A stretch of DNA of 61,854 nucleotides, the filler included. It is 6 parts of 6 records of this genome, joined end to end, with 100 filler letters (N's around TTAATTAATTAA, not from the genome) between each part and the next. Parts side by side here need not be neighbours in the genome. Positions count along the whole stretch, not along the records: positions 1 to 8,310 come from SRR2962707_4768; positions 8,411 to 17,098 come from SRR2962707_4771; 4 more parts are not named here. One strand, given 5' to 3'. The position numbers and the translations under genes are program-made. The notes beneath the pieces were generated by a model. The model did no database searches. It worked only from the letters and a program-made list of their open reading frames with translations, and was not told the origin of the DNA. Positions 1 to 8,947 of the stretch are shown one piece after another. How positions within the stretch are numbered: the first letter of the stretch is position 1; the number at the start of each line of letters is the position of its first letter.

Positions 1-307
1 CCATCTCAAGCATTTTCTGGGCCAGTTTCTCCGCATCAACCTTGTAGGAGCCGCTTTCAAGGGCAGAGCGGATCTGCTCGATACGGTCATCGTCCATTTC
101 CGGATAACTGCCGAGCTTTTGTTCGAGCTGTTTCAGGTTCTTCGCCTGGCTGCTCAAATTGACATTTTCGCCACGGGCGCCTTGCGCCTGGGTCTTTGCC
201 TGCTCAGCTGTAGAGGGCTGAGTGCTCTGGGTAGCGGAAGATTTATCGGCCGTGGTTTTCTGGGTGTTGACCTGGCCTGGGCCTATTCCATTAAAGTCAA
301 CTGACAT
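1..307 (-). CDS. flgM: Anti-sigma-28 factor FlgM (3' end runs off the window)
   Basis: Hand translation from ATG at 307: MSVDFNGIGPGQVNTQK...ENVNLSSQAKNLKQLEQKL...DDDRIEQIRSALESGSYKVDAEKLAQKMLEM. This is the typical FlgM C-terminus and it lies downstream of flgA. Not in the ORF track. Confidence 0.93.
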   Translation of the reverse strand, partial: MSVDFNGIGPGQVNTQKTTADKSSATQSTQPSTAEQAKTQAQGARGENVNLSSQAKNLKQLEQKLGSYPEMDDDRIEQIRSALESGSYKVDAEKLAQKMLEM

Positions 308-364
308 AACGTTACCTGCTTAACTGGTCGGCCGCGTTGGGCGGCTCCAAAATTTCATACCTGT

Positions 365-391
365 CTATCGGCATGGCCTGACGTTTCTTTA
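365..391 (-). promoter_or_regulatory. Sigma-28 (FliA) promoter of flgM
   Basis: Minus strand reads TAAA-N15-GCCGATAG, against the consensus TAAA-N15-GCCGATAA, about 58 nt upstream of the flgM ATG. Confidence 0.85.
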
Positions 392-432
392 GCGATTTTT
401 GCAAGAGTTAAATGACACTCTTGTCATCTTTC

Positions 433-458
433 AAAAAAAACCGGCAACAGATTGCCGT
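433..458 (-). terminator. Intrinsic terminator after flgA
   Basis: Minus strand CGGCAA-TCTG-TTGCCG followed by G and T8. Confidence 0.65.
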
Positions 459-486
459 TTCCGGTGAATCAATGCCGGGAACGAGG

Positions 487-1191
487 TTACATGGGAATCT
501 CGACATGCCCGGGAGCAGTCACACGGGCACGCACGGTGCGGGAGGACGAGAGGTTCTCAACCAGAACCTGTTCTCCAATCCCGGCACTGGCCAGGGCTTT
601 ACCCCTTGAGTTTACCGAAAAATTGCCGCTGCGGGCGCTGATGATAACATGGTCTCCGCGTTCGATCGCTGCCGGAGCCAGCACCAAATCCGGTGTAAAT
701 ACGGTACCGGCGTTCACGCCGCGGCGCATTTCCATGCCCACTAACTGGTCGACATTGGTTATTGCGCCCCGTCGAATCGAATTCACCACCACGTTATCCG
801 ACTGTATTGCCGCTTTCGTCAGTCGTTCGCCGCGCCCCAAGGGGCGGGCGGCGACCATGGCTTCACCGGTTATCGTGACGGATACCGGAAGGAACATGCG
901 CCAGGGGCGCTCGCCCTCGCAGGAAACCAGTAGCGAGGGTTGGGTGGTCCTCCAGGGGTCGCCGCTGAACGATACGCTGAGTGGGGTAGCACAGGTTGCG
1001 AGCGAGAGGCGTGCGTCGAGTTGGCCGGTATCGTGGGAAACCGTAAAGCCTTCGTTTGCCTGAGCCTCTGAAAATGCCTCCAGAAATTGTTCCGCGCTGC
1101 TTTGAATTTGTTCGGACGTGGTCGTGGAGGCCATTGCCGGGCCGGCTGTTACGGCGAATAACAATATGATGGCGAAATTGGTAATGCGCAT
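487..1191 (-). CDS. flgA: Flagellar basal body P-ring formation chaperone FlgA
   Basis: Signal peptide, SAF-like region, C-terminal GKALASAGIGEQVLVENLSSSRTVRARV; flgM-flgA-cheV synteny. Confidence 0.93.
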   Translation of the reverse strand: MRITNFAIILLFAVTAGPAMASTTTSEQIQSSAEQFLEAFSEAQANEGFTVSHDTGQLDARLSLATCATPLSVSFSGDPWRTTQPSLLVSCEGERPWRMFLPVSVTITGEAMVAARPLGRGERLTKAAIQSDNVVVNSIRRGAITNVDQLVGMEMRRGVNAGTVFTPDLVLAPAAIERGDHVIISARSGNFSVNSRGKALASAGIGEQVLVENLSSSRTVRARVTAPGHVEIPM

Positions 1192-1340
1192 ACGCGGCAG
1201 TTTGTCCTATGCTGTCATTAACCGGGTAAAGCCCCGAGTTCAGGAATATCCTAATGATTTCCGGATTCGGCCGTTAAGCCTATCGAGTGAGTCAATAAAC
1301 CGGCACATAGCCGGTTCCACGCGACTTTTTAGAATAACGC

Positions 1341-1356
1341 AGCAAGATGCGTGCCG
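1341..1356 (-). promoter_or_regulatory. Probable sigma-54 promoter of flgA
   Basis: Minus strand CGGCAC-GCATC-TTGCT matches the -24/-12 consensus TGGCAC-N5-TTGCW, about 150 nt upstream of flgA. Confidence 0.6.
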
Positions 1357-1389
1357 GCAGCAAGACGTTTCGAGTGGGAGATATAAACG

Positions 1390-2322
1390 ATGGCAGGGGT
1401 ATTGGACAGTGTAAATCAGCGCACCCAGCTGGTGGGCCAGAATCGTCTGGAGCTTCTGTTATTTCGCCTTCGTGGCCGGCAGATGTACGGCATCAACGTC
1501 TTCAAGGTCAAGGAAGTGTTGCAGTGCCCCAGGCTGTCATCGTTGCCGAACAGTCGCCCTATGGTTCGGGGCGTGGCCCATATTCGTGGCGAGACTATCC
1601 CAATCATTGACCTTGGTATGTCAATCCGGCTTCCCGGTATTCCCAAGGAAGAGATGGCCACCAGCTTCGTGATCATTACTGAGTACAACCGAAAAACCCA
1701 GGGTTTCCTGGTGGCTGGTGTCGACCGCATCGTGAATATGAACTGGGAAGACATCCTGCCGCCACCCAAGGGTGCGGGCAAAGACGTTTACCTCACAGCG
1801 GTAACGCACTTTGAAGACAAGCTGATAGAGGTCATCGATGTTGAAAAGATCCTGTCTGAAGTGTCGCCGTTTGAGGAAGATGTCACCGAAGAGGTTCGCA
1901 ATCGCAGTTCAGAGCGGGTGCCTGGCCATCTGCCGGTGCTGGTTGTAGACGATTCGGCTGTGGCGCGACGCCAGATTGAGCGATGTCTCACTGCCATTGG
2001 TATGGGAGTGGTGACCAAGAATGATGGCAGGCAGGCCCTGGATTATCTGAAAGAGATTACGGCAGATGGCTCTCGCGCCGCCGATCACCTGTGTTTGATC
2101 ATATCCGATGTCGAAATGCCGGAAATGGACGGGTACACTCTGGTCACCAAGTGTAAAAATGAGCCTGCAATCAAGGATGTATTTATCATGCTGCACACGT
2201 CCCTGAGTGGCGTGTTTAACAAGGCGATGGTGCAGAAGGTGGGCGCTGACGATTTCATGGCTAAATTCAGCCCCGATGAGCTGGCTGAAAGAGTCATGGA
2301 AATTGTCGACCGCGAGCAGTGA
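1390..2322 (+). CDS. cheV: Chemotaxis protein CheV (CheW plus receiver domain)
   Basis: GQNRLELLLFRL...YGINVFKVKEV CheW domain and VLVVDDS...SDVEMPEMDGY receiver domain. Confidence 0.96.
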   Translation: MAGVLDSVNQRTQLVGQNRLELLLFRLRGRQMYGINVFKVKEVLQCPRLSSLPNSRPMVRGVAHIRGETIPIIDLGMSIRLPGIPKEEMATSFVIITEYNRKTQGFLVAGVDRIVNMNWEDILPPPKGAGKDVYLTAVTHFEDKLIEVIDVEKILSEVSPFEEDVTEEVRNRSSERVPGHLPVLVVDDSAVARRQIERCLTAIGMGVVTKNDGRQALDYLKEITADGSRAADHLCLIISDVEMPEMDGYTLVTKCKNEPAIKDVFIMLHTSLSGVFNKAMVQKVGADDFMAKFSPDELAERVMEIVDREQ

Positions 2323-2363
2323 CGCTCCTCCGTTACTTCCGACTCACTCGATAATGAGATCCA

Positions 2364-3191
2364 ATGAAAGCTGAAATAACGCCACAGGAATACGAGGCCT
2401 TTAAATCATTCCTGCAGGATGCGTGTGGCATTTTGCTCGGGGAGAACAAGCAGTATTTGGTAAAAAGCCGTCTGCGGCGGATCATGGAAGAGAACGAGCT
2501 GAGAACCCTGGGTGATCTGCTGGATCGCGTGAAGAGAACCGGTCGCAGCAGTTTGAAGGAAGTCGTGATCGACGCGATGACGACGAATGAAACCCTCTGG
2601 TTTCGGGACAATCACCCGTTCCGCATCCTGCAGGAAAAGCTGCTGCCGGAATTCGGCGACAGAAAATCAGCGCAGTCACTTCGTATCTGGTCTGCAGCCT
2701 GTTCGACAGGCCAGGAGCCCTATTCGGTAGCGATGATTATTGAAGAATTTCGTCGCCAGCGGCCGGGTAGGCTGCGGGATGTGAAGATCACCGCCACCGA
2801 CATCTCCAAAAGCGTTCTAGAGGTTGCGCGCCGTGGCGAGTACGAAATGATCGCCATTGGCCGGGGCCTGTCACCCGAGCGGCAAAAGCAGTTTTTCACT
2901 CCTGCCATGAATGGCAGTTGGCAGATCCGACCGCAAATCAAGAGCATGGTGGAATTCAGGGAGCTGAACCTGCTTGAACGCTACATGCTCGGGAAGTTTG
3001 ACATTGTTATGTGCCGGAACGTACTGATCTACTTTTCGGCAGAGCTTAAAAAGGACATCCTGACCCGTATCCATGCCACTCTCAATCCCGGTGGTTACCT
3101 GATACTGGGAGCATCGGAATCGCTGAACGGGTTGCCTCATCTCTACGAAATGGTGCAGTGCCACCCAGGGATCATCTACCGCAAGAAATAG
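2364..3191 (+). CDS. cheR: Chemotaxis methyltransferase CheR
   Basis: TTNETLWFRD, IWSAACSTGQEPYS and CRNVLIYF motifs. Confidence 0.96.
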   Translation: MKAEITPQEYEAFKSFLQDACGILLGENKQYLVKSRLRRIMEENELRTLGDLLDRVKRTGRSSLKEVVIDAMTTNETLWFRDNHPFRILQEKLLPEFGDRKSAQSLRIWSAACSTGQEPYSVAMIIEEFRRQRPGRLRDVKITATDISKSVLEVARRGEYEMIAIGRGLSPERQKQFFTPAMNGSWQIRPQIKSMVEFRELNLLERYMLGKFDIVMCRNVLIYFSAELKKDILTRIHATLNPGGYLILGASESLNGLPHLYEMVQCHPGIIYRKK

Positions 3192-3200
3192 GCCCACCCA

Positions 3201-4391
3201 ATGCCGATCAATGTATGGATACTGGTCGCCGCCCAGGCGCTTGCCATGTGTACAGCGCCTTTTATCGTTTTTATCGGAAGCATTCACGGACGTCTTCTGG
3301 CGCCATCGCCTGAGTGGGCAACCCTGCCCGTGGGCCTTGTAGTTGTTGGAACGGTCCTGGCTATAAAGCCTGCTACGTGGATGATGGAGCGCCTGGGGCG
3401 CAAGCCGGTTATGTTGCTTGGCGCGCTGGCGGGTACCGTGTCCGGGTTGCTCGGTGCGCTGTCAGCCTGGAGTGCAAGTTTCCCGTTATTGTGCGCTGCG
3501 GCGGTTGTGGGCGGAACCGGGCTGGCGGTGGTTCACCAATACCGCTTTGCGGCCATGGAGTCGGTAGCGCCCGAGATGGCTGGCTCCGCAGCAGCCAGGG
3601 TGCTTCTAGGCGGCCTCGTAGCGGCGTGGCTGGGGCCGGAAATTGCGCTTTTGGGCGGTGGAGGCCAAGCCGAGCACCCTTTCATGGGCGGCTGGCTTGC
3701 ATTGAGTGCCGTGCAGGTGGTTGCCATGGTCGTACTGGTTTTCGGGTACCGCGCCAGCGGGGAGCGAGTACGGGAAGCCTTGGGGGAGGGCGGTCGTCCA
3801 ATGGCCAACATCCTGAGGCAACCGGTCATTTGGGCGGCGATCAGTTCCGCGGCCATCGGTTATGCCCTCATGAGCTTTATCATGACGGCAACACCACTGA
3901 GTATGACAGAAGTGGCCGATCACCCGCTTGAAGATGCCAAGTGGGTCATTCAGATTCATATCATGGCTATGTATCTGCCGTCGCTGGTCAGTGGCTGGTT
4001 AATTCGTGTGGTGGGTATTCCGAGGATGATGGGGCTGGGATTGCTGGCCTATCTGGGGTGTGTGGCCCTGGCGTTCAGCGGTATCAGCTTTCACCATTAC
4101 CTGTTTGCACTCATCCTGTTGGGGGTTGGCTGGAACTTCCTGTTTGTCGGTGGCACCACGCTGTTGCCGCAGGGATATCGCGATGAGGAGCGGTTCCGTG
4201 TTCAGGGGCTCAACGACCTGATGGTATTCGGCTCGCAGGCGACAGCTGCACTGAGTGCTGGTGCGGTATTGGCGGCGTTTGACTGGAATGGATTGTTGCT
4301 GATTGCTATACCGTTCCTGGTGTTACACGGTGTCTTGATGGCCGTTTGGCTGATGAGCCGGCCCCAGAATAGGGGCCGGCATCCCGCTTGA
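3201..4391 (+). CDS. MFS transporter
   Basis: 396 aa with about 12 hydrophobic segments; MERLGRK loop motif; YRFAAME and GVGWNFLFVGGT motifs. Confidence 0.88.
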   Translation: MPINVWILVAAQALAMCTAPFIVFIGSIHGRLLAPSPEWATLPVGLVVVGTVLAIKPATWMMERLGRKPVMLLGALAGTVSGLLGALSAWSASFPLLCAAAVVGGTGLAVVHQYRFAAMESVAPEMAGSAAARVLLGGLVAAWLGPEIALLGGGGQAEHPFMGGWLALSAVQVVAMVVLVFGYRASGERVREALGEGGRPMANILRQPVIWAAISSAAIGYALMSFIMTATPLSMTEVADHPLEDAKWVIQIHIMAMYLPSLVSGWLIRVVGIPRMMGLGLLAYLGCVALAFSGISFHHYLFALILLGVGWNFLFVGGTTLLPQGYRDEERFRVQGLNDLMVFGSQATAALSAGAVLAAFDWNGLLLIAIPFLVLHGVLMAVWLMSRPQNRGRHPA

Positions 4392-4395
4392 ATGT

Positions 4396-5802
4396 TTATA
4401 CCAGGTTGTAGACGAAGACGATGGCTACAGCAACGGGTGTGAAGTAACGCAGTACGCGATACCAGAGCGAGAATGTGCCCGCCGACATGCCCAGTTCGCT
4501 TTCCAGCGCCTGTCGAGACATTGTCCAGCCGACAAACACGGCGACCAGCAGTCCGCCCAGGGGCAACAGGATATTAGCGGTCAGGAAGTCCAGAAGGTCG
4601 AAGATGGTTTTGCCTTCGAACATCGCAAACATGCCCAGCGGTGTCACGTCCGACCACAGGTTTAGCGAAAGTACGGAGGCCACACCCAATAACCAGCACA
4701 CGATGCCTGCCCCGACGGTACTCACCGTGCGGTTCATACCTTTCTGTTCCTCAAGCCATTCAACAATCGGCTCCAGCAGGGAAATGCCGGACGTCCAGGC
4801 GGCAAAAATCAACAACACGAAGAACAGCGTACCGAAGAGGCTGCCCATGGGCATTTGTCCGAACGCCAGTGGCAGGGTTTGGAAAATCAGGCCGGGGCCG
4901 GCGCCTGGTTCAAGGCCGTTGGCGAATACGATCGGGAAGATAGCCAGCCCGGCCAGCAAGGCCACGGCAGTATCCATGATCGAGACGGTCACGGAGGTTT
5001 TGGCGATGGAGATGTTTTTGGGCAGATAGGAGCCGTAGGCCATCATGACACCCATGCCGAGGCTGAGCGTGAAGAACGCGTGGCCCAGGGCAACCAAAAC
5101 GCCCGAAGTGGTGAGCTTCGAGAAGTCGGGCTGGAACAGGAAGGAGACGGCCTGACCAAAGTGGCCAGTGGTCATCGCATAGCCCACGACAATTAGCAGG
5201 AGCACGAACAGGGCTGGCATCAGAATACTGACAGCGCGTTCAAGCCCGGAACGTACGCCTCGTGCAACCACAACCATGACCAACGCCATAAACAGGGTGT
5301 GCCAAAGAAGCAGCTTCATCGGGTCGCCCAACAGGCCGGAGAAGATGGCACCTATGGACTCTGCCGACTGGCCTGCCAACTGGCCTGTAGCGGCGGTGCC
5401 TACATAGGAAATCGCCCATCCGCCGATCACAGAATAGAACGATAGAATCAGGAACCCCGCCAGAACCCCGACGGCAGCCACCCAGCGCCAGGCCGGTTTA
5501 AGGCCTTCCTGGCTGGTTATGGCCCGCATGCTGTTGACGGGGCTGAGACCACCACGGCGACCGACTAGCACTTCAGCCATCATGATCGGTAGGCCCACCG
5601 CCGCAATGCACAGTAGGTAAACCAGAACAAAGGCACCACCGCCGTTTTCACCGGTGATGTAGGGGAATTTCCAGATATTACCCAGGCCCACCGCTGAGCC
5701 TGTTGCGGCAAGTATGAATGCCAGGCGCGAAGACCACAGCCCACGCTTCGCTGTCGCCTGGCCCATGGCACCGCCTTCAGCGGATGAAGAAGCATTACTC
5801 AT
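4396..5802 (-). CDS. Sodium-dependent transporter, NSS (SNF) family; probably an amino-acid symporter
   Basis: WSSRLAFILAATGSAVGLGNIWKFPY...NGGGAF signature. Confidence 0.93.
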   Translation of the reverse strand: MSNASSSAEGGAMGQATAKRGLWSSRLAFILAATGSAVGLGNIWKFPYITGENGGGAFVLVYLLCIAAVGLPIMMAEVLVGRRGGLSPVNSMRAITSQEGLKPAWRWVAAVGVLAGFLILSFYSVIGGWAISYVGTAATGQLAGQSAESIGAIFSGLLGDPMKLLLWHTLFMALVMVVVARGVRSGLERAVSILMPALFVLLLIVVGYAMTTGHFGQAVSFLFQPDFSKLTTSGVLVALGHAFFTLSLGMGVMMAYGSYLPKNISIAKTSVTVSIMDTAVALLAGLAIFPIVFANGLEPGAGPGLIFQTLPLAFGQMPMGSLFGTLFFVLLIFAAWTSGISLLEPIVEWLEEQKGMNRTVSTVGAGIVCWLLGVASVLSLNLWSDVTPLGMFAMFEGKTIFDLLDFLTANILLPLGGLLVAVFVGWTMSRQALESELGMSAGTFSLWYRVLRYFTPVAVAIVFVYNLV

Positions 5803-5863
5803 TGTATTCTCCTGCTTACTGTTTTTGTTTTCGGGGGAGTGAGTGGCGGCGGTTTAGCCGCCA

Positions 5864-6925
5864 TCAACGGGATTTATGCCGGAATCGCTCCTCTGCGAGT
5901 TGATCGGCGATCTGCCCGGTGGGCAGGCCATCGCGATCCGAGCGCTGGAAGATCTCCTCCAGGGTATTGGCTATGGAATCGACGTGTTTGCGAACGGCCT
6001 GGGGGTCGGGGCCCTTGCGCTCGTAACACACGTCGATAATGCCGCCAGCGTTGATTACAAAGTCTGGGGCATAGAGCACTCCACGTTCGAACAATGCCTG
6101 GTCATGAGCCGGGGTGGCTAACTGATTGTTAGCGGCGCCGGCCACGATGGTGGCCTGTAGCTTACGAATGGAGTGATGATTCAGAACAGCGCCCATGGCA
6201 CAGGGCGCGACCACGTCTACCGGCAGATAGAGGATTTCGTCGGCGGTAGCCGGGGTGGCGCCCAACTCTGCCACTGCCCGATCCATTTGATCCTGGTGGA
6301 CGTCGTAGACCCAAAGCTTCGCGCCTGCTTCTTTGAGGTGTCGGGCCAGGCGGTAACCAACGTTGCCAATGCCCTGTACCGCCACATTCAACCCCTCCAG
6401 GTCGCTGCGGCCGAGCTTGTGTTTAACGGCAGCATTAATGCCCACGAAGGTGCCCCAGGCAGTAGCGGGAGAGGGGTCGCCGTTGCTGGGCCTGCCATCA
6501 AACCCCGGGCGTTCGCTGATGCCGGCCACATTGGACGTTTTACGACCCATAACCTGGAGGTCGGCTACGCTGGTGCCCGAATCCTCGGCAGCGATATAAA
6601 GTCCGCCGAGCTGTTCCAGGAAGCGGCCCATGGATTCGAGCAAGGCTTCGGTTTTGTGCTGGCGTGGATCGCCGATGATGACGGACTTGCCGCCGCCGAG
6701 ATCAAGGTTGGCCAGCGCCGACTTGTAGGTCATTCCTCGTGACAGGCGGAGCACGTCTGTCAGAGCCTCGTCGTCGCTGGCGTACGGATACATGCGGCAT
6801 CCGCCTAGAGCGGGTCCACGAGAGGTATTGTGTACGGCGATAATGGCGCGCAGCCCGGTCTCCGGATCGCAGCAAAACGTCAGATGTTCGTGGTGGTCGA
6901 ATTCAGGATGGGTAAATACAGTCAT
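5864..6925 (-). CDS. ldh: Leucine dehydrogenase (Glu/Leu/Phe/Val dehydrogenase family)
   Basis: [33 protein letters not shown] and GAANNQL motifs. Start placed at ATG 6925 (MTVFTHPEF) after an AAGGA RBS. Confidence 0.9.
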   Translation of the reverse strand: MTVFTHPEFDHHEHLTFCCDPETGLRAIIAVHNTSRGPALGGCRMYPYASDDEALTDVLRLSRGMTYKSALANLDLGGGKSVIIGDPRQHKTEALLESMGRFLEQLGGLYIAAEDSGTSVADLQVMGRKTSNVAGISERPGFDGRPSNGDPSPATAWGTFVGINAAVKHKLGRSDLEGLNVAVQGIGNVGYRLARHLKEAGAKLWVYDVHQDQMDRAVAELGATPATADEILYLPVDVVAPCAMGAVLNHHSIRKLQATIVAGAANNQLATPAHDQALFERGVLYAPDFVINAGGIIDVCYERKGPDPQAVRKHVDSIANTLEEIFQRSDRDGLPTGQIADQLAEERFRHKSR

Positions 6926-7044
6926 TGTTTGGATTCCTTTTGCTCCGGGTTGTTCTTGCACAGGGGGTCGCCCTTAGTTACGGAGGCCGGCAGGTAGATT
7001 GCGGGCGCTACCGAAACTCAATCGCTATCGGGTGTTGGACGCGA

Positions 7045-7218
7045 TTAGCTGCCGGTCGGATTTGGTGATTGCACGAATGTGGAAAGTCGTAAAAGATCCG
7101 GCCGGAGCGATCGGGATGTGCTAAGCGCAAGAGAAAGGAAAGGAGCTGAAGGAGCTGTAGGGTGTTGCAGGGTGTGGGCGCATGGGCCCATGCTCAGGGA
7201 CTGTTTTACCAGTGACAT
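7045..7218 (-). CDS. Putative small Leu/Ser-rich leader protein (57 aa)
   Basis: GAAGAGGA RBS 7 nt before the ATG; lies between the LiuR-type site and ldh; no recognisable homology. Confidence 0.35.
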   Translation of the reverse strand: MSLVKQSLSMGPCAHTLQHPTAPSAPFLSLALSTSRSLRPDLLRLSTFVQSPNPTGS

Positions 7219-7437
7219 GCTGAAATCCTCTTCCACCAGGCCGGATCACGGCTTCCGTGGTCAATATTGTTGTTGTGCCCCGGCAGATAGGCCGGTTGGC
7301 ATGATTTCATGTGTTGATACCCTTTTGGGGCTCAACGAGAGAAGACTAGATAGCTTTTACATCGTCGTCAATGGTTGAAATTCATGCATTTTTTGGTGAT
7401 TTTGAAAATTCCAGCGGTAACAGGCAGATACATCTAC

Positions 7438-7453
7438 TTTACGTAAACGTAAA
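7438..7453. promoter_or_regulatory. LiuR-type operator (branched-chain amino acid catabolism regulon)
   Basis: Palindrome TTTACGT-AA-ACGTAAA upstream of leucine dehydrogenase. A weaker copy, TTTACATCGTCGTCAA, is at 7356-7371. Confidence 0.75.
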
Positions 7454-7548
7454 TATTTGGGGCGCCCCAATTCAGCAACAGTTTCCCTAATGTGTCTCAC
7501 TGGAACCCTGATGTGATTCCAGTGACAGCATTGGTGATATTCGCTTCG

Positions 7549-8079
7549 TCACTTGATCAGTTTCTGAACTTCCCGGAAACGTGGGTGCTCGCAGTCCCGC
7601 ATCCACTCAAAAGCCACCATCTCAAGCGTTACGATAACGGCCCCGGCCTGCTGCATTCGTTCCAGGGCAGCATCCCGGTCGTTGTCATGGCGTGAGCCGG
7701 TCGCGTTTTCCACCACCCATACACGAAAACCCGCAGCGAGGAGGGATAGGGCGGTTTGCAACAGGCATACATGCGCTTCGCAACCGCCAATAACCACCTG
7801 TTTCCGGTTATCGGCAATGGCCTCCACCAGCCCTCCACCGCAGGCATCAAAGTGAGTCTTGGATAAGGTTTGATCAGCTAGAGCACTGATTTGTTCGTCG
7901 TTGTGTCCAAGCTTCTCCGGGATCTGTTCCGTGGCAATCACCGGCACATCAAGCAGCTTGGCAATCTGCGCAAGTCTAACGCTCTCTGCCAGCATTAAAT
8001 TTCCGTGGCTGATGACAGGCATGAGTTTTTTCTGGAGGTCAATCAGTACCAGCGTGGATTCGTCGGCTTTCATCATCAT
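7549..8079 (-). CDS. Isochorismatase-family cysteine hydrolase
   Basis: LVLIDLQKKL, TEQ, KTHFDAC and GCEAHVCLLQTA motifs. Confidence 0.9.
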   Translation of the reverse strand: MMMKADESTLVLIDLQKKLMPVISHGNLMLAESVRLAQIAKLLDVPVIATEQIPEKLGHNDEQISALADQTLSKTHFDACGGGLVEAIADNRKQVVIGGCEAHVCLLQTALSLLAAGFRVWVVENATGSRHDNDRDAALERMQQAGAVIVTLEMVAFEWMRDCEHPRFREVQKLIK

Positions 8080-8196
8080 AACGGGTCGCCCCCGAGCGGT
8101 GTTTAGGGTATTGGGTAACTATGCCAGTATCGCACAGGCGGCCATCAGGTTTCTGTGGTCGCTGTGGTTGGTCAGAAAAGGATTTGAAAATTGGAG

Positions 8197-8233
8197 TTGC
8201 CAAACCGGAACAAAACCATTAGAGTTTGCGCCC
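8197..8233 (+). promoter_or_regulatory. Sigma-70 stable-RNA promoter
   Basis: TTGCCA-N17-TAGAGT followed by a GC-rich discriminator (TGCGCCC), upstream of the tRNA. Confidence 0.65.
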
Positions 8234-8284
8234 TCAAATGAGCGACGACGTTGCTGATTTGGAACGAATTATTTAAAGAGTATT

Positions 8285-8310
8285 GGAGAGGTGGCCGAGT
8301 GGCTGAAGGC
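8285..8310 (+). tRNA. tRNA-Ser, 5' fragment cut by the contig end (anticodon not visible)
   Basis: GGAGAGGTGGCCGAGTGGCTGAAGGC is a typical tRNA-Ser acceptor strand plus D-arm. Confidence 0.75.
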
Positions 8311-8410
8311 NNNNNNNNNNNNNNNNNNNNNNNNNNNNNNNNNNNNNNNNNNNNTTAATTAATTAANNNNNNNNNNNNNNNNNNNNNNNNNNNNNNNNNN
8401 NNNNNNNNNN
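8311..8410. other. Artificial contig spacer
   Basis: N44-TTAATTAATTAA-N44, giving stops in all six frames; composition and taxon change across it. Confidence 0.99.
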
Positions 8411-8904
8411 TGGCCGAAGCCGCCGCCGAGATAGGGCGCGGAGCCCATCTGCCACATCAGCCAGGAATAGACCTCGGCGCGCTTCGTGAGGTCTTTCGGC
8501 ATGAAGGCGCTGCCGAATTTCTCCGCGAGGTAAAGCAGCATCGCGCCGCTTTCGAAGATGCGGGTCGGCGGGTTTGTGCTGTGGTCCATGAGGGCCGGGA
8601 TCTTCGAGTTCGGATTGACGCCGACGAAGCCGGAGCCGAACTGGTTGCCCTCGGAAATGTTGATAAGCCAGGCGTCGTATTCGGCGCCCTTGTGGCCCGC
8701 GGCCAGCAACTCTTCCAGCATCACCGTGACCTTGACGCCGTTCGGCGTCGCCAGCGAATAGAGCTGGAAGGGGTGCTTGCCGACGGGCAATTCCTTTTCG
8801 TGCGTCGGCCCGGCGACGGGACGGTTGATGGCGGCGAAGCGGCCGCCGTCCTTGTCCTTGTTCCAGGTCCAGACTTTCGGCGGCGTATAGGCTTGGTCGC
8901 TCAT
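8411..8904 (-). CDS. yghU: Glutathione-dependent disulfide oxidoreductase, YghU-type GST (3' truncated)
   Basis: MSDQAYTPPKVWTW...LYSLATPNGVKVT...NPNSKIPAL...FESGAML. True start is at 8904, not the longer ORF start. Confidence 0.88.
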
Positions 8905-8947
8905 GGGGCGTCTCCTTGTTCCAACCGTTCTACCGGCCGGGCCGGGG

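Noticed and set aside
1261-1300. Possible sigma-28 promoter for cheV (TTAAG...GTCAATAA)
   Set aside because: Wrong spacing and a poor -10 match.
5844-5863. Hairpin TGGCGGC-GGTTTA-GCCGCCA after ldh as a terminator
   Set aside because: No U-tract on the coding strand; more likely an intercistronic stabiliser.
8311-8410. TTAATTAATTAA palindromes and ORFs ending in X-runs or 'LIN'
   Set aside because: Artificial spacers; ORFs crossing them are artefacts.
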